This document shows positions 33,346-44,233 of a stretch of DNA of 64,000 nucleotides, in pieces. The position numbers and the translations under genes are program-made. The stretch is taken from IMG/VR virus record IMGVR_UViG_3300035670_000049, positions 56,337-120,336 of that record; one strand, 5' to 3'. The stretch's first letter is position 1. The number at the start of each line of letters is the position of its first letter. This stretch comes from a virus. Below the pieces are notes generated by a model. That model worked only from the letters and a program-made list of their open reading frames with translations. It was not told the origin of the DNA and made no database searches.

Positions 33346-36300
33346 TGTACACACTCCAATTCATACGTTCTACCAGAACCTGATTCGCTTATCTGTTTTC
33401 GATTGATCCTTAATCTGATATTACCAGACTTTTTTGTCCATAGTATGAAGGAGTCTCCTTGCTCCAAATCAAGCGATGACGCTGTATGTTGTACAGTTAT
33501 ACGCTTCTCTGGCTTATTTCTTCTTTTTAATTCCATGCGGGTCAAGCCAACTAATTGCATATAGTCAGCAATATCCCTAAAATCGTGTTGTCTTGTAATT
33601 GTTCTTTTAAATAGTTTCTTTGTCTTATGATCTTCTACAATCGCAGACATAGGAAGTCCATCAATATCAGAACCATTTGATAGTAACCTTGTTGCTACCT
33701 TCTGTACATCGTTTACAATGTTGTAAGAGACTAACGTGTTTTCACCTTCTCGTAAAGCAATCTCTGTATCTCTACCTAGGCGTGGCTCTAATTTAAATCC
33801 ATCGACATTAGCATCCCATTCAGATTGAATAGCCTCTGCAACAGATTTTATAATCTCAAGATGTGTTTGATCTTGGAACTGTGCTGATAGCCCTATTAAC
33901 TCATGAGCAACTATACTATCCAAGTACACATACTCATAAATTGATACTTGTTTTGCAGTTTTAGGGTTACAAGAACTACATCTCGATACAAATGAACTGG
34001 AACCAGTTTCATACTTATTTGTTGTATATTTTTCTGCCGTACCTGTTCGATAAGAAACAGACATAGTATACTTGTCCCAAGGCAACCCATCTACAAAATA
34101 GTCATTGCTATCGAATAAAACAAACCCCGGAATTTCATGCCCTTTTTTATTGGTATCCAGATTGATAAGCAAACTTCCATCTTCAGGGTCGCCCCCCGGT
34201 ATCATTACATGATTTTCGTTCCCCGGATCATACTCCCCTAAGCCCTCTATATATTTAAATAGCATTAATGTAAGTTTTCCATGTCTTCTTCCCTTGGCAG
34301 AGTAGACAATTACTCTATCTCCTTCAAAACTGAAACTTATACCAACTCCGGGTTTATTCCACTTGTACATGGAACCGCCACTAAAACGCTTATCATAAAT
34401 TTGCTTTACCGCTTGTAAATTGCTGACAGCAATTCTGGTGCTGTCCTCATTATACTCGACCATCGATGCTGACCAGTACCCTTCGATAGAGTCTACTGAG
34501 CAAAAATTATTATCGAGCAGGGTAACTTTAATTTCGTAGATAGTATTTGGATCAAGGATTCCAGACTCGTATGTTATTTCATATACAACTTCAGCAGATA
34601 AACCATCTGGAATTTTATAACTAGCCTCTAAGGTTGACCACGCACTCCACATATTTGCTTCCCATTTACCATCGGTTTGCTCCCATGCAGAGGCACTTCC
34701 CTTTCTTCTAAATTCAATCTTAACGGTTGCTCCGGTTTTCCATGATGGTACAGTGGCATACCACTTAAAAGATTGCCCTCTAAAGTGAACCTTAAAATAA
34801 TCCCCTATCTTCTCAGTATAAGAGTAGGTTCCTCCCCAAGAGAATTCATCCATTCTCCCTTTCCAGCAGTCCACCCAATTTAGAGTGAGGTTGCCCATAG
34901 CAACTCCTCTTGTGATAAGGTACTTGGTTTCTCCTGCTCGACCAGATACGGTGACTGTGCCAGAGGAATCATCCGTCATAATAAGAGGAGTATTTTGATC
35001 GTCAAGCATTGCAAAATCAAATCCATCTGGGTAGCAGTTAGAACAATCTTTCTTAAAGAATTTATGGTAGTCATTGTTCCCTACTCCTGTCCATGAGACA
35101 TTAAATTTTCTAATGAATGTTCCGGGTTCAAACTTCTGGTAGTATATTCCATTCTTATTGACTTTTATTAATTCAGAAGCATCTGGTACACGATAGTACT
35201 CGATTTGCCTATTATTATTATCAATACGTTGTTTAGCCAAAGGTTTTACAGAATTCTTTTCTATAATTTCTTGGAATGCTCCCAATTCTATAATCGAGGC
35301 ATGGCAATCACTTTCAGGCTTTAATTTATCTGTTGGAAAACTCTTAGATACAATTGTACCATCCTTTTTCCTATAGGTCATTAATCCCAACTTTCTTCCA
35401 AAGTTAGAATTATCCCCCGGACGATAATCAGGATCGCATTGATAGTCCCACCCATCATAAGAGGCTAATGTATCGAAACTATTTCCATACCAAGCATGAA
35501 CATCCTTTATATATACAGTTAAATACCGAGCATCGATAGGACCCGCTTGATCCTGATTAGTATGAAAAGTATTATAACCAGTACCAGCATAACCACTGGT
35601 AGTATAGCCTAAATAAAATTCAAAAGGTCTTGCAGCGCCAGTAACAACACGATTTCCTTCTGTAGAGTTTGCACGATAGGTTGCTTCCTCTAATGATCCG
35701 GGCGTTATACCGGGAGGTAAAGGATCAAACTCTTCCCAACTATCAAAGATCGTTGTAAATGCTCCCCAATCCCTATCAAGCACACCACTGTAAACTACAG
35801 GAGTATCTGTAGCAACTTTGATTTCAAATTCATACGTTCGATTGGATGCTCTCTGTGGTCCTCCCCACCAAGGAAACAGTAACCTGATCTTGGAGATTTT
35901 ATAGATATCCCCAAAATCTAATGCAACCGTATCCTGCTCTGTCATGCCTGACCAATATTCACTGGCTGCATACCATGTTCTAGGAGGTTCTATTTTACCA
36001 ATAGGAATATATGCCGATTGCTCATCAATAATAAAATCTTTTGTTCTCTTACTAAGAGCATAAAAGGTTTCATCAGGTAAGATAGTCTTAAAGATTTGTT
36101 CTTCTTGTGGGTTGTCCTCATCCAGTGAAGTTACTAAGACCTTTGTACTCGGAGCCACAGCAATGTTTTCATACCGTAGTTCTTCGATAATAGAATCAAT
36201 ACTAGCATAGAAAAACTTAAGCGTTGTAAAATGATCCGCTAACAAGGCTGACCTTCCAGCCCCCGTAATTTTATATACTCCACTGGAATCATCAATACTT

Positions 36301-36542
36301 GTAATGGGTCCAAAGTTTAACTTCTTATTCGTAGAAGTTTCCCAGACCTCCCAAAGATTCGTAAAACTAGCCTCATCATAGGGACTTAATTTATCTGCTT
36401 TAGGATCATTTTTAGGAATCTCAAAACTGATTCCCTCATCTGAGGAGTTAATAGATTTAAAATACTGCTTGTTTGCAGCATTTTCTAAAATTACTACATC
36501 ACTAGGATTACTAGGATTAACAATTCTAACTTGTAGGGCCAC
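33327..36542 (-). CDS. Tal/hub-like tail protein with inserted discoidin and carbohydrate-binding-like modules
   Basis: Position; SFEIPK.DP N-terminus and EGEN...KVATRL C-terminus; ALDFGDIYKISKIRL discoidin-like insert. Confidence 0.7.
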   Translation of the reverse strand: MALQVRIVNPSNPSDVVILENAANKQYFKSINSSDEGISFEIPKNDPKADKLSPYDEASFTNLWEVWETSTNKKLNFGPITSIDDSSGVYKITGAGRSALLADHFTTLKFFYASIDSIIEELRYENIAVAPSTKVLVTSLDEDNPQEEQIFKTILPDETFYALSKRTKDFIIDEQSAYIPIGKIEPPRTWYAASEYWSGMTEQDTVALDFGDIYKISKIRLLFPWWGGPQRASNRTYEFEIKVATDTPVVYSGVLDRDWGAFTTIFDSWEEFDPLPPGITPGSLEEATYRANSTEGNRVVTGAARPFEFYLGYTTSGYAGTGYNTFHTNQDQAGPIDARYLTVYIKDVHAWYGNSFDTLASYDGWDYQCDPDYRPGDNSNFGRKLGLMTYRKKDGTIVSKSFPTDKLKPESDCHASIIELGAFQEIIEKNSVKPLAKQRIDNNNRQIEYYRVPDASELIKVNKNGIYYQKFEPGTFIRKFNVSWTGVGNNDYHKFFKKDCSNCYPDGFDFAMLDDQNTPLIMTDDSSGTVTVSGRAGETKYLITRGVAMGNLTLNWVDCWKGRMDEFSWGGTYSYTEKIGDYFKVHFRGQSFKWYATVPSWKTGATVKIEFRRKGSASAWEQTDGKWEANMWSAWSTLEASYKIPDGLSAEVVYEITYESGILDPNTIYEIKVTLLDNNFCSVDSIEGYWSASMVEYNEDSTRIAVSNLQAVKQIYDKRFSGGSMYKWNKPGVGISFSFEGDRVIVYSAKGRRHGKLTLMLFKYIEGLGEYDPGNENHVMIPGGDPEDGSLLINLDTNKKGHEIPGFVLFDSNDYFVDGLPWDKYTMSVSYRTGTAEKYTTNKYETGSSSFVSRCSSCNPKTAKQVSIYEYVYLDSIVAHELIGLSAQFQDQTHLEIIKSVAEAIQSEWDANVDGFKLEPRLGRDTEIALREGENTLVSYNIVNDVQKVATRLLSNGSDIDGLPMSAIVEDHKTKKLFKRTITRQHDFRDIADYMQLVGLTRMELKRRNKPEKRITVQHTASSLDLEQGDSFILWTKKSGNIRLRINRKQISESGSGRTYELECVQWPQIT

Positions 36543-36560
36543 TTAGGTTCACCGCCTTTA

Positions 36561-39500
36561 TTATATATCCCATCTATTTCTATAAGAAATGATAGTTGAA
36601 GTTGCTCCGGTAATATTAAAGTAGGTTTTACCCGGCCCAACATAGATAGCGTAATCAAGATTTTTCATAAGATTATTTTTATTTACCCCATTTATCGTTG
36701 CAGTATAGGATTCAGAATTAATAACTAGGTTGGAAACAGTTCCAGATACACTAATAAATCCAGCAAAATCTCCACTTTCCGTATAACCTGAAACTGTGAT
36801 ATTGGTTCCGGTTAGTAATACAGTAGCAGGAGTCCATGTGCCATCAGTAACAGACCTTGCCCCTGTATTTATAGAGGTTGACCCAGACAGAGTAAAGACC
36901 TGTTCCCCAAATAGCCAAGGCTTAGTATCAAATTCAACTTCATACTCTACAAATTTTGAAGCTTTATTAACATCTGTTTCGAGTTGTATTTTAGTGGGTT
37001 TAACTAGATAATAGTTTGTTAATTGCCCCACATATAGTTTTCTATAGGAATTATCTCGGCTACTTCGTAGAACTGTTGCAGCCATCTGTGCCTTTTGTTT
37101 TAATTCTTGATGACTATTACCTACAATCTTTAGCCTTAGTGAGATAACTTTATTTCTTATCCCTAGATTTTCCATAGGAGCCCCATCTTTATAAGGACTT
37201 GAATACTCAATTAAATTCGCAGAGCTTATATATGACTCATTTTGAGCATACCCCGGTAAGTCGTAGTTGTTATACTTAACAACATACTTGTACATAGGAA
37301 CAAACGCCATTGCATTTGCATAGCCTCTTGGATCATGTATTCGTGCCTGTGCCTGAGCCGTCTTCAGGGTGCCGATGAGTGCCCCTGCTTGTCCAAACTT
37401 ACTATAGGTTTCCTTTACCTTGATAAAGGCTATGGGGGTAGTAAAGACGAGGCTGTTTGTATACTTGATCGTTGCTTGGGCTTGAACATACATACGATAC
37501 TGTCGAAGAATATCTGCCCTTGCTTGTCCAGAGTTATAAGTAAATTTTTCAATCATGGCTCTTGACTGTGCGTATACCTGATAGATTTCTCCGTACATTC
37601 TTGCCTGAGCCTGAGCAAGTTGTGTGCCTTTAAGTATCCATGCTTGTGCTAAACCAAACCTGTTATAATCATATCCGATCACTTTGGCTACAGATTGGGC
37701 AGTAAACTGCATCTGGTTAATGGTAGTCATTGCCAAAGCAAAGGCATTCTGATCGTATACATGAATGGCTGCTTGCGCATACCCTATTTTCTTCCAAGGC
37801 TTGATCGTCTTACCCTGTGCATTGGCTAGAGCAAATTCTCCACGCTTAATATATGCATTAGCGTTTGCATGAGGCTTTCTATCGTTGATGAATGCCATTA
37901 CATAGGCATTCTTCCAAGGCTTTCCTTTGATCAGGGCATTTGCTAATCCATGCCCCATTAGTTTACTGTACTTTGTTACAGAAACTTGGGCTTGTGCATA
38001 TTTTTGGTAGACTTGCTTGACTCTCGCTTGAGCAAGTGCGTGCTTTGGAGAGAAGATAAATGCCATACCTTGTGCAATAGCACTGATACGATCCTTGACC
38101 ATACGGGTCTGTGCTTGTGCAAACTTGTTATAGGTTGTCCAGATATCTGCTTGTGCCTGTGCGTGGCACTGGCGTCTGGTAATAAATGCCATTGCATTAG
38201 CCCAGCGATATCTTGTACCAACAAGCATCCACGGAGCAGGGTTACTATCTGTTAACCAACTTTCATTTACTTCGCTTGGTCGTCTGAAGTGGTTATACGT
38301 AACATAGGCTTCACCGCCACCCTCTGACCACTGCCAGATAATCTTATACTCTTGTCCCTGTGTAAGATTAATTGTTCCTGTCCATGATCCACCGGCTGAA
38401 CCACCGGGCCAAGCACCGACAGTACCGACTATTTCATTTGCTGAGTTATAGATACTGATACGAGAAGCGTCATCACTCTGTAGGTGGAAATACCATGCTC
38501 CAGTCTCATCAGCGACGAATCTACCGATAGCCGTTACACCAAAGTAACTTGTTCTTGTTCCTGTACCGGGTGGCTTGTTACTACCGTCATCATACTTGAT
38601 CATGTTTGGGGTACTTATTCCCCAAATATTTTCTATCGTCCCTACTTCATGATCGTACCCACTACCTTGGAAGAATAGATAGGCTAAGAATCCATCTTGT
38701 GGAATGACTGCTGCTTGTGCTTGTGAGCATACATTAAATCGAGCCAGTAAGGCGGCTGCTTGTCCAAATGCATACTGAAATAATATTATTTGGGCTTGAA
38801 CTTGTGCGCTTTGACTTATAATAGCAAGAGGTGAGCTAAGATACGCTTCTGCTTGTGCAAAAACAAATGTAATGTTGCCTTGAATAGAGGCTTGTGCTTG
38901 AGCAAAGGCTGGATTTCTAAGAATATATGTCTGAGCCTGTGCTAGTTGTATTCCCGTTACAACGGAGTAGTGCCATCGAATTTGTTCATCTGTTAATTGT
39001 GTATTGTAGATAGCAACTTCATCAATAACGCCAGAAAAGGCTTGACTAGTATTAAACCCACTACTACCAATAGCAACGGTTGAAAAGTTAGAATCGTTTC
39101 TAACCATCGTGGCTGTAAGTTTAAGGGAGCCATCTACATATAATTTACCTGTTGTTCCGCTCCAAGTAAGTACTAAATGGTGTCGAAGATCGTCTGAAAT
39201 AGACGGTCCTTGCCGCATTGTAGCATTATCATAATCATAGAAAGAGATATTTCCATTATTTATAAATAATCCCCACTCGGTGGATTTTACTACAATTGCT
39301 TGTGTACCACTTGATGAGGCTGTTTGTACCCATGCTTCAACAGAACCTGTAGATATATTACTATATGGAATTGAACTACTTGTTGCACCAACAACCAAAG
39401 CAGTCGTTCCTGCAAAAGATAATGCAGTATTGCTTTGATCTACAAGCCCTTGTGTTGATGAAGGAGCAACAAATGCAGCAGCAACATAAGCATTATAATC

Positions 39501-42344
39501 TTGTGTTCCGCCATAACTTTTAATTTCTGGAGCGCCCAAAAAGGCTTCAATTTCTTGGAAACCGGGGCTATACCCTGCTTGTGTTGGAGGAGCATTAACT
39601 TTAAACCAAGTAATATTGTCTTTACGAATAAACTTTGCAACAGTTGGACCCCAACCATTAGGAATACCTTGAACAGTTACTTGAGAACCATCACTAAAGT
39701 CAATAGTAAAACTTCCAGAACCCCAATAATCCGCGCTATATCCACCACCACCATCACTTCTATCCAACATGGCAATGGTATCAAGAGATTGCGGTTGACT
39801 CCATTCTACTTTCCAGTAGTTAGAAGTATTTGCTGGCTCTGCTGCGCTGGTTCCATAATCACCATCTGCTGCCCCACTTCCACCGACTGTTCTCATTGTG
39901 TAGGTGGCTGTTCCACCAATGGGGAATCTAACAAGATTTGTGAATGAAAGATTAGATTCATCTAAGCGGTAGTAGGCTAATGGAGAATCTGCGATTATTG
40001 TTTGATAATAAGAATCTTCTACAATATTAAGTGCCATCGCATTAGCACTAACGGTATATCTTGCAAGTCGTGCGGCTGCTTGAGCAACCTGAGATATATT
40101 TATTAGAATAATTTGCGCTTCGGCTTGGGCTGATTGGCTTACGAGTGTTAGATCAGAATCAATAAGAGCCTCTGCTTGTGCGTATCCTGCCTGTTTTCCT
40201 ATGTGGGCCATTGCTTGTGCAAAAACACCGGGAACACCAGCAAGGTAATGATTTAAAATTTGTGTTCCAGTTAAAGAGGTATTATATAAAGCAGCGTTGC
40301 TTACGCTTCCAGTTAGATAACCATAATTACTTCCACTATCGCCCATTGTGTATGGACTATAAAGAAGAGATTCTGGTACTGTTAATCCTGTTCTTACTGC
40401 AACACCATCTAAATAGAGAACAGGTTGCTTATTTGTAACAACTACCGCAATATGATGCCAACCAGAAAGAGTTGCACTATAAGAAAGGATTGCACAAAGA
40501 GTGCTGTTTCCATGAGCAGCAACAACAATACCATTGAATCCTACGGAAAGTCCAAGTCCCCTGTTTGAACCCATCTGTATTGGATAGAAAACAAAACTCA
40601 TTGCATTGGCATTATAACCAGCGTATGTACCGCTAGTTGCTTCAGTCGGTAAAACTCCACCAGAGCCTATATTTTTCCCCGGCTTAACCCACGCTTCAAC
40701 TGTAAAGTTATTTGTTACTTGTGAAGTAAAAGTATTTATTGTAGCAACGGTATTGTTATTGCTTATTCCTTGCGCCCGATCATAGGCTGGCATAGGAACA
40801 TTGACAGCCCGTGTCCAACCCCCTACAACGTTATAGGCTGATCCATAAGAATATCCCTGTGGTCCTACGTATGCTCGTACCTTTTGATCGCTATCAGATA
40901 ACGGCCAATATCCGTAAGGATTATCTGCTACAACAGCGTTTCTATATGGTTGCTCAGGAGTAATAAATGCTTGTGCTTGTGCCCATTGAGGATCTTTAAC
41001 TTTATATACGACACGGATAAAGGACTTAGAAACATGGACTGGAGTATTTGTAACTGAGTATAGAACACGCGCAAAGGAATGGCTCGCATAAACACCAGCA
41101 ATCTCTGCTCCTGCCTGTGCGTATTGTTGCCATCCGCCCATTATTCCTAACGTATAGTGTTCTAAAACTTCCGCAGGGGTTAGTGCAACCTTATAAACAG
41201 CAACTTCGTCAATTTTTCCTTGGAAGAAATAAGATGCGGCACTGTATGCTCCAATAACTTTAACGGCAGCGTTATCTGGTTGTGTCGCTGTATTATGATT
41301 AGTTACAAGTGGTACAGATACTCCATTTACATAAATCTTATGCGTTGTTCCTGTACCAGATCGTGTATAGACAATATGATTCCACTGGTTTAGAGTAATA
41401 GCATTATCATTGGTTTGTGCCAACCAAGTACCGGGAACGCTAACAGCAACTCTATTTGTACCAGCAGACCCGCCTAGTTCTAAATGAAATCCAGAACTTA
41501 CACCACTAGCTCCCCAAATAAAATCTCTGTTAGCAGCACTATAACTAGCAGCAGTTGGGTACACCCATGCTTCAATCGTTACATTGTTAGCATAGGGAAA
41601 TACTGTAGAGGCAGTTACCGCACGCTGAGTCGCACCGTCAAAAGATACAGAGTAATCAGAATCTCCATATATTGCTCCACTTGATGCCGAACCGACCCCA
41701 TTTGCAAGTGTAGCATGATTTTGATAAATTGAAGAGTCATATACAGTAGTTCCTATATCCCCTAAGCGATAATATGCTAGAAGATTAGAGCCATGTCGAT
41801 GCACATACCACGGATAAGAACCAACAACTTTAATTAGAGCCCCAGATTGAGCAATATTATAAACTTCATTTACGCCACCAATTACCCACGTATTTGCTTG
41901 TACTTGAGCAAATCTCCATTGAGTAACAATTTTGGCTTGAGCCTGTGCAAATACAATAGCAGTATTCTCAGGTAGAAATATATGAATAGTACCCTCTCCG
42001 GTAAGAGAGGGTCTATAAGTACTGCCGTTCCAAGAATAAGCAGCATACCAGCCAGTGTTAAATGGGCCTAATGTATAAGTAGTATTTGCTTGAGGACTGG
42101 CCTGATATCGGTTACTATTATCCTGTCCATTAGTTGCTCCTGTAATTTGGCTAACACCTATATTACCGCCATCACTTGGTGGTGTAACTACACGTATAAT
42201 TACGTATTGTCCAGAAAGCAAATAAAACTTATCTGTTAATTTATTAACAGTGGTACTCATTACGGCTGATACGCCGGGGAAAGAAAGAGCAAGTTGGTAT
42301 CTAACGCTTGCTTCGGCTTGGGCAAATGCCTCCCTAGTTGTCAT
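36561..42344 (-). CDS. Giant tail fibre/adhesin: AQAQA-repeat shaft, three LamG-like, one discoidin-like and one PA14-like domain, C-terminal Dit-like domain
   Basis: YYRLGD/YWPLSD/YYRLDE LamG starts, FQGKIDEVAVY ends; F.LQSDDASR PA14 motif; last ~245 aa align with 43466-44218. Confidence 0.85.
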   Translation of the reverse strand: MTTREAFAQAEASVRYQLALSFPGVSAVMSTTVNKLTDKFYLLSGQYVIIRVVTPPSDGGNIGVSQITGATNGQDNSNRYQASPQANTTYTLGPFNTGWYAAYSWNGSTYRPSLTGEGTIHIFLPENTAIVFAQAQAKIVTQWRFAQVQANTWVIGGVNEVYNIAQSGALIKVVGSYPWYVHRHGSNLLAYYRLGDIGTTVYDSSIYQNHATLANGVGSASSGAIYGDSDYSVSFDGATQRAVTASTVFPYANNVTIEAWVYPTAASYSAANRDFIWGASGVSSGFHLELGGSAGTNRVAVSVPGTWLAQTNDNAITLNQWNHIVYTRSGTGTTHKIYVNGVSVPLVTNHNTATQPDNAAVKVIGAYSAASYFFQGKIDEVAVYKVALTPAEVLEHYTLGIMGGWQQYAQAGAEIAGVYASHSFARVLYSVTNTPVHVSKSFIRVVYKVKDPQWAQAQAFITPEQPYRNAVVADNPYGYWPLSDSDQKVRAYVGPQGYSYGSAYNVVGGWTRAVNVPMPAYDRAQGISNNNTVATINTFTSQVTNNFTVEAWVKPGKNIGSGGVLPTEATSGTYAGYNANAMSFVFYPIQMGSNRGLGLSVGFNGIVVAAHGNSTLCAILSYSATLSGWHHIAVVVTNKQPVLYLDGVAVRTGLTVPESLLYSPYTMGDSGSNYGYLTGSVSNAALYNTSLTGTQILNHYLAGVPGVFAQAMAHIGKQAGYAQAEALIDSDLTLVSQSAQAEAQIILINISQVAQAAARLARYTVSANAMALNIVEDSYYQTIIADSPLAYYRLDESNLSFTNLVRFPIGGTATYTMRTVGGSGAADGDYGTSAAEPANTSNYWKVEWSQPQSLDTIAMLDRSDGGGGYSADYWGSGSFTIDFSDGSQVTVQGIPNGWGPTVAKFIRKDNITWFKVNAPPTQAGYSPGFQEIEAFLGAPEIKSYGGTQDYNAYVAAAFVAPSSTQGLVDQSNTALSFAGTTALVVGATSSSIPYSNISTGSVEAWVQTASSSGTQAIVVKSTEWGLFINNGNISFYDYDNATMRQGPSISDDLRHHLVLTWSGTTGKLYVDGSLKLTATMVRNDSNFSTVAIGSSGFNTSQAFSGVIDEVAIYNTQLTDEQIRWHYSVVTGIQLAQAQTYILRNPAFAQAQASIQGNITFVFAQAEAYLSSPLAIISQSAQVQAQIILFQYAFGQAAALLARFNVCSQAQAAVIPQDGFLAYLFFQGSGYDHEVGTIENIWGISTPNMIKYDDGSNKPPGTGTRTSYFGVTAIGRFVADETGAWYFHLQSDDASRISIYNSANEIVGTVGAWPGGSAGGSWTGTINLTQGQEYKIIWQWSEGGGEAYVTYNHFRRPSEVNESWLTDSNPAPWMLVGTRYRWANAMAFITRRQCHAQAQADIWTTYNKFAQAQTRMVKDRISAIAQGMAFIFSPKHALAQARVKQVYQKYAQAQVSVTKYSKLMGHGLANALIKGKPWKNAYVMAFINDRKPHANANAYIKRGEFALANAQGKTIKPWKKIGYAQAAIHVYDQNAFALAMTTINQMQFTAQSVAKVIGYDYNRFGLAQAWILKGTQLAQAQARMYGEIYQVYAQSRAMIEKFTYNSGQARADILRQYRMYVQAQATIKYTNSLVFTTPIAFIKVKETYSKFGQAGALIGTLKTAQAQARIHDPRGYANAMAFVPMYKYVVKYNNYDLPGYAQNESYISSANLIEYSSPYKDGAPMENLGIRNKVISLRLKIVGNSHQELKQKAQMAATVLRSSRDNSYRKLYVGQLTNYYLVKPTKIQLETDVNKASKFVEYEVEFDTKPWLFGEQVFTLSGSTSINTGARSVTDGTWTPATVLLTGTNITVSGYTESGDFAGFISVSGTVSNLVINSESYTATINGVNKNNLMKNLDYAIYVGPGKTYFNITGATSTIISYRNRWDI

Positions 42345-42395
42345 TCATCCAAGCCTCCTTACATAGTATTGTAATGCGTATTGTATTACGATTGA

Positions 42396-43451
42396 TTAAA
42401 CTTCTACTTTGATTCCAAGTTCTATAGCGTTAACTTCTTGCGGAGTCCATCCGCTTGTCGTTACTGGATTTACTGTTTCTGGATAGAAATAATAGTTAAA
42501 TGTATTAGTAAGATTTGCATCGCTTCCAGATCGTTCGTATGTTACCCCATCTGTACGTTGTACGACACGAATTGTTTTTGTACTAGCGTCTACTTTTCTT
42601 ACGCGATTTGCGTGTATAACTCCATGAATAGCAGTAATATTTGAAGCAGGAGTCAGCAAGGGGTTGTATAAAAATGTATCCATAACGCCAGATACTGTGG
42701 TATAAAGGTAATCGGCATCGTTTACTGTTATACCATCATCTACCATTTCATAGTGAGATGTACCAGTAAGAGGAGTTAATCCAGTATGAAATCCATCTCC
42801 ACTAGGAACAATATCATAGACACGAATATCTCCTAGATAATTCTGGGTTCCTCCAGTATTATCCATAATATATACATCATCAAAGTAAGTATTCCAGTTA
42901 TTATCTGTATCTGAAGCATTTAAAGAAAAACCATAAGTATACTGATTAGCCGATAAACAAGTATCTATATTATAACCTGAAGCAATAACAATACCATTTT
43001 GCCTAAATTCAAAATTGCCGTTAGTATTATTAAATCGTATTTTTCCATCTATCCAATGCCATGTATTTAAAGTAAGGGAAGCCGGTTTAGCAACCGCATA
43101 ATTAGTTGTTACTGTACTTAGGCTTTTAAGTGCAAAAACAAGGGCTCCATATGTAGTCATATACAGCCCACAGTGCCAAGTTGATCCATCATGAAAACTA
43201 ATTAAGTTAGAAATTCTGTTAGAGTAGACCCAACCCGCTGTTTGAAAAGCAAAACCAAAGATAATTTCTTCGTAGTTAGCAAAAAAATCTTTACGGTAGT
43301 AAGTTGTTCCACCGTCTTGCGAAGCAAATCGTACTCCTGCACCACTATTTGCTACTCTTGAATAGGATGGGTCTATAGTATAACTTCCTGCGTGCATTGC
43401 TACAGAACCAGATTCAAATCCCTCAGCCCAAATAATATCTCCTGCTGCCAT
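42396..43451 (-). CDS. Minor tail structural protein (concanavalin-like)
   Basis: Beta-rich; WHWIDGKI, YFDDVYI; position between Dit and fibre. Confidence 0.7.
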   Translation of the reverse strand: MAAGDIIWAEGFESGSVAMHAGSYTIDPSYSRVANSGAGVRFASQDGGTTYYRKDFFANYEEIIFGFAFQTAGWVYSNRISNLISFHDGSTWHCGLYMTTYGALVFALKSLSTVTTNYAVAKPASLTLNTWHWIDGKIRFNNTNGNFEFRQNGIVIASGYNIDTCLSANQYTYGFSLNASDTDNNWNTYFDDVYIMDNTGGTQNYLGDIRVYDIVPSGDGFHTGLTPLTGTSHYEMVDDGITVNDADYLYTTVSGVMDTFLYNPLLTPASNITAIHGVIHANRVRKVDASTKTIRVVQRTDGVTYERSGSDANLTNTFNYYFYPETVNPVTTSGWTPQEVNAIELGIKVEV

Positions 43452-43465
43452 TTATCTCACCACCT

Positions 43466-44218
43466 CTATAAGTACCATCTATCTTGCCAAGAAATGGTAC
43501 AAGATGATGCACCAGTTATTGCAAAGTAGGTTGTTTCGGGGCCGACATACATTCGATAATCTGCCCATTTCATTAAATTATTTTTATTTACCCCACCGAT
43601 TGTAGCCGTAAAGTCATCCGAGTTTATTACCATATTGGTGACTGCTCCTGAGATGCTGATGAATCCTGCGAAGTCTCCTGTCCCCGTATACCCGGAAATA
43701 GTAACATTCGTACCAGTTACATCTATGGTTGTTGGAGTCCAGCCGCCATTGTCAATGGTCCTTCCGGTTGTCCCCGTATTGATCGTTGTTGTTCCATTGA
43801 TCGAGTGAACTGTTTCTCCGATTAACCAAGGCTTACACTTAAAATCTACCTGATATTCAAGTGTACGAACAGATTCATCCGCTGTCTTTTCCATTCGTAT
43901 TGCTTCTGTTTGCGCCTCGTAGTATCGATCTATGTATTGTACGTATAGTGGAGCAAATCCATCCCTTTTACTACGAACCATTGTTGCGGCCTTTTGAACC
44001 TCGTTTTTACAGGCAAGGTAATTTGCTTCCCATACTTTGAGCGTAAGAGTTAGAGGTTTATTCTGCAATCCTACGTACTCAGATTCTGAACCATCCGAAT
44101 AGGGGGCATAATGTTCGGCTATTTGAGCCTGTGAGATAAAATCTTCTTTTTGTACATATCCGGGTAAAGTATAGCCGTTATACTTAACTAGATACGCTGG
44201 TGTAGGTCCCTCTCCCAT
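43466..44218 (-). CDS. Distal tail protein (Dit-like)
   Basis: Immediately after tape measure; ~250 aa; DF.CKPW motif. Confidence 0.75.
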   Translation of the reverse strand: MGEGPTPAYLVKYNGYTLPGYVQKEDFISQAQIAEHYAPYSDGSESEYVGLQNKPLTLTLKVWEANYLACKNEVQKAATMVRSKRDGFAPLYVQYIDRYYEAQTEAIRMEKTADESVRTLEYQVDFKCKPWLIGETVHSINGTTTINTGTTGRTIDNGGWTPTTIDVTGTNVTISGYTGTGDFAGFISISGAVTNMVINSDDFTATIGGVNKNNLMKWADYRMYVGPETTYFAITGASSCTISWQDRWYL

Positions 44219-44233
44219 TTATTTATACCCCCT

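Noticed and set aside
30527-42344. Diversity-generating retroelement targeting tail adhesins
   Set aside because: No reverse transcriptase and no near-identical TR/VR pair differing at adenines; the duplications are old and protein-level.
44220-44227. T4-type late promoter TATAAATA
   Set aside because: A single instance lying between RBS and start codon in AT-rich sequence; not repeated before other late genes.
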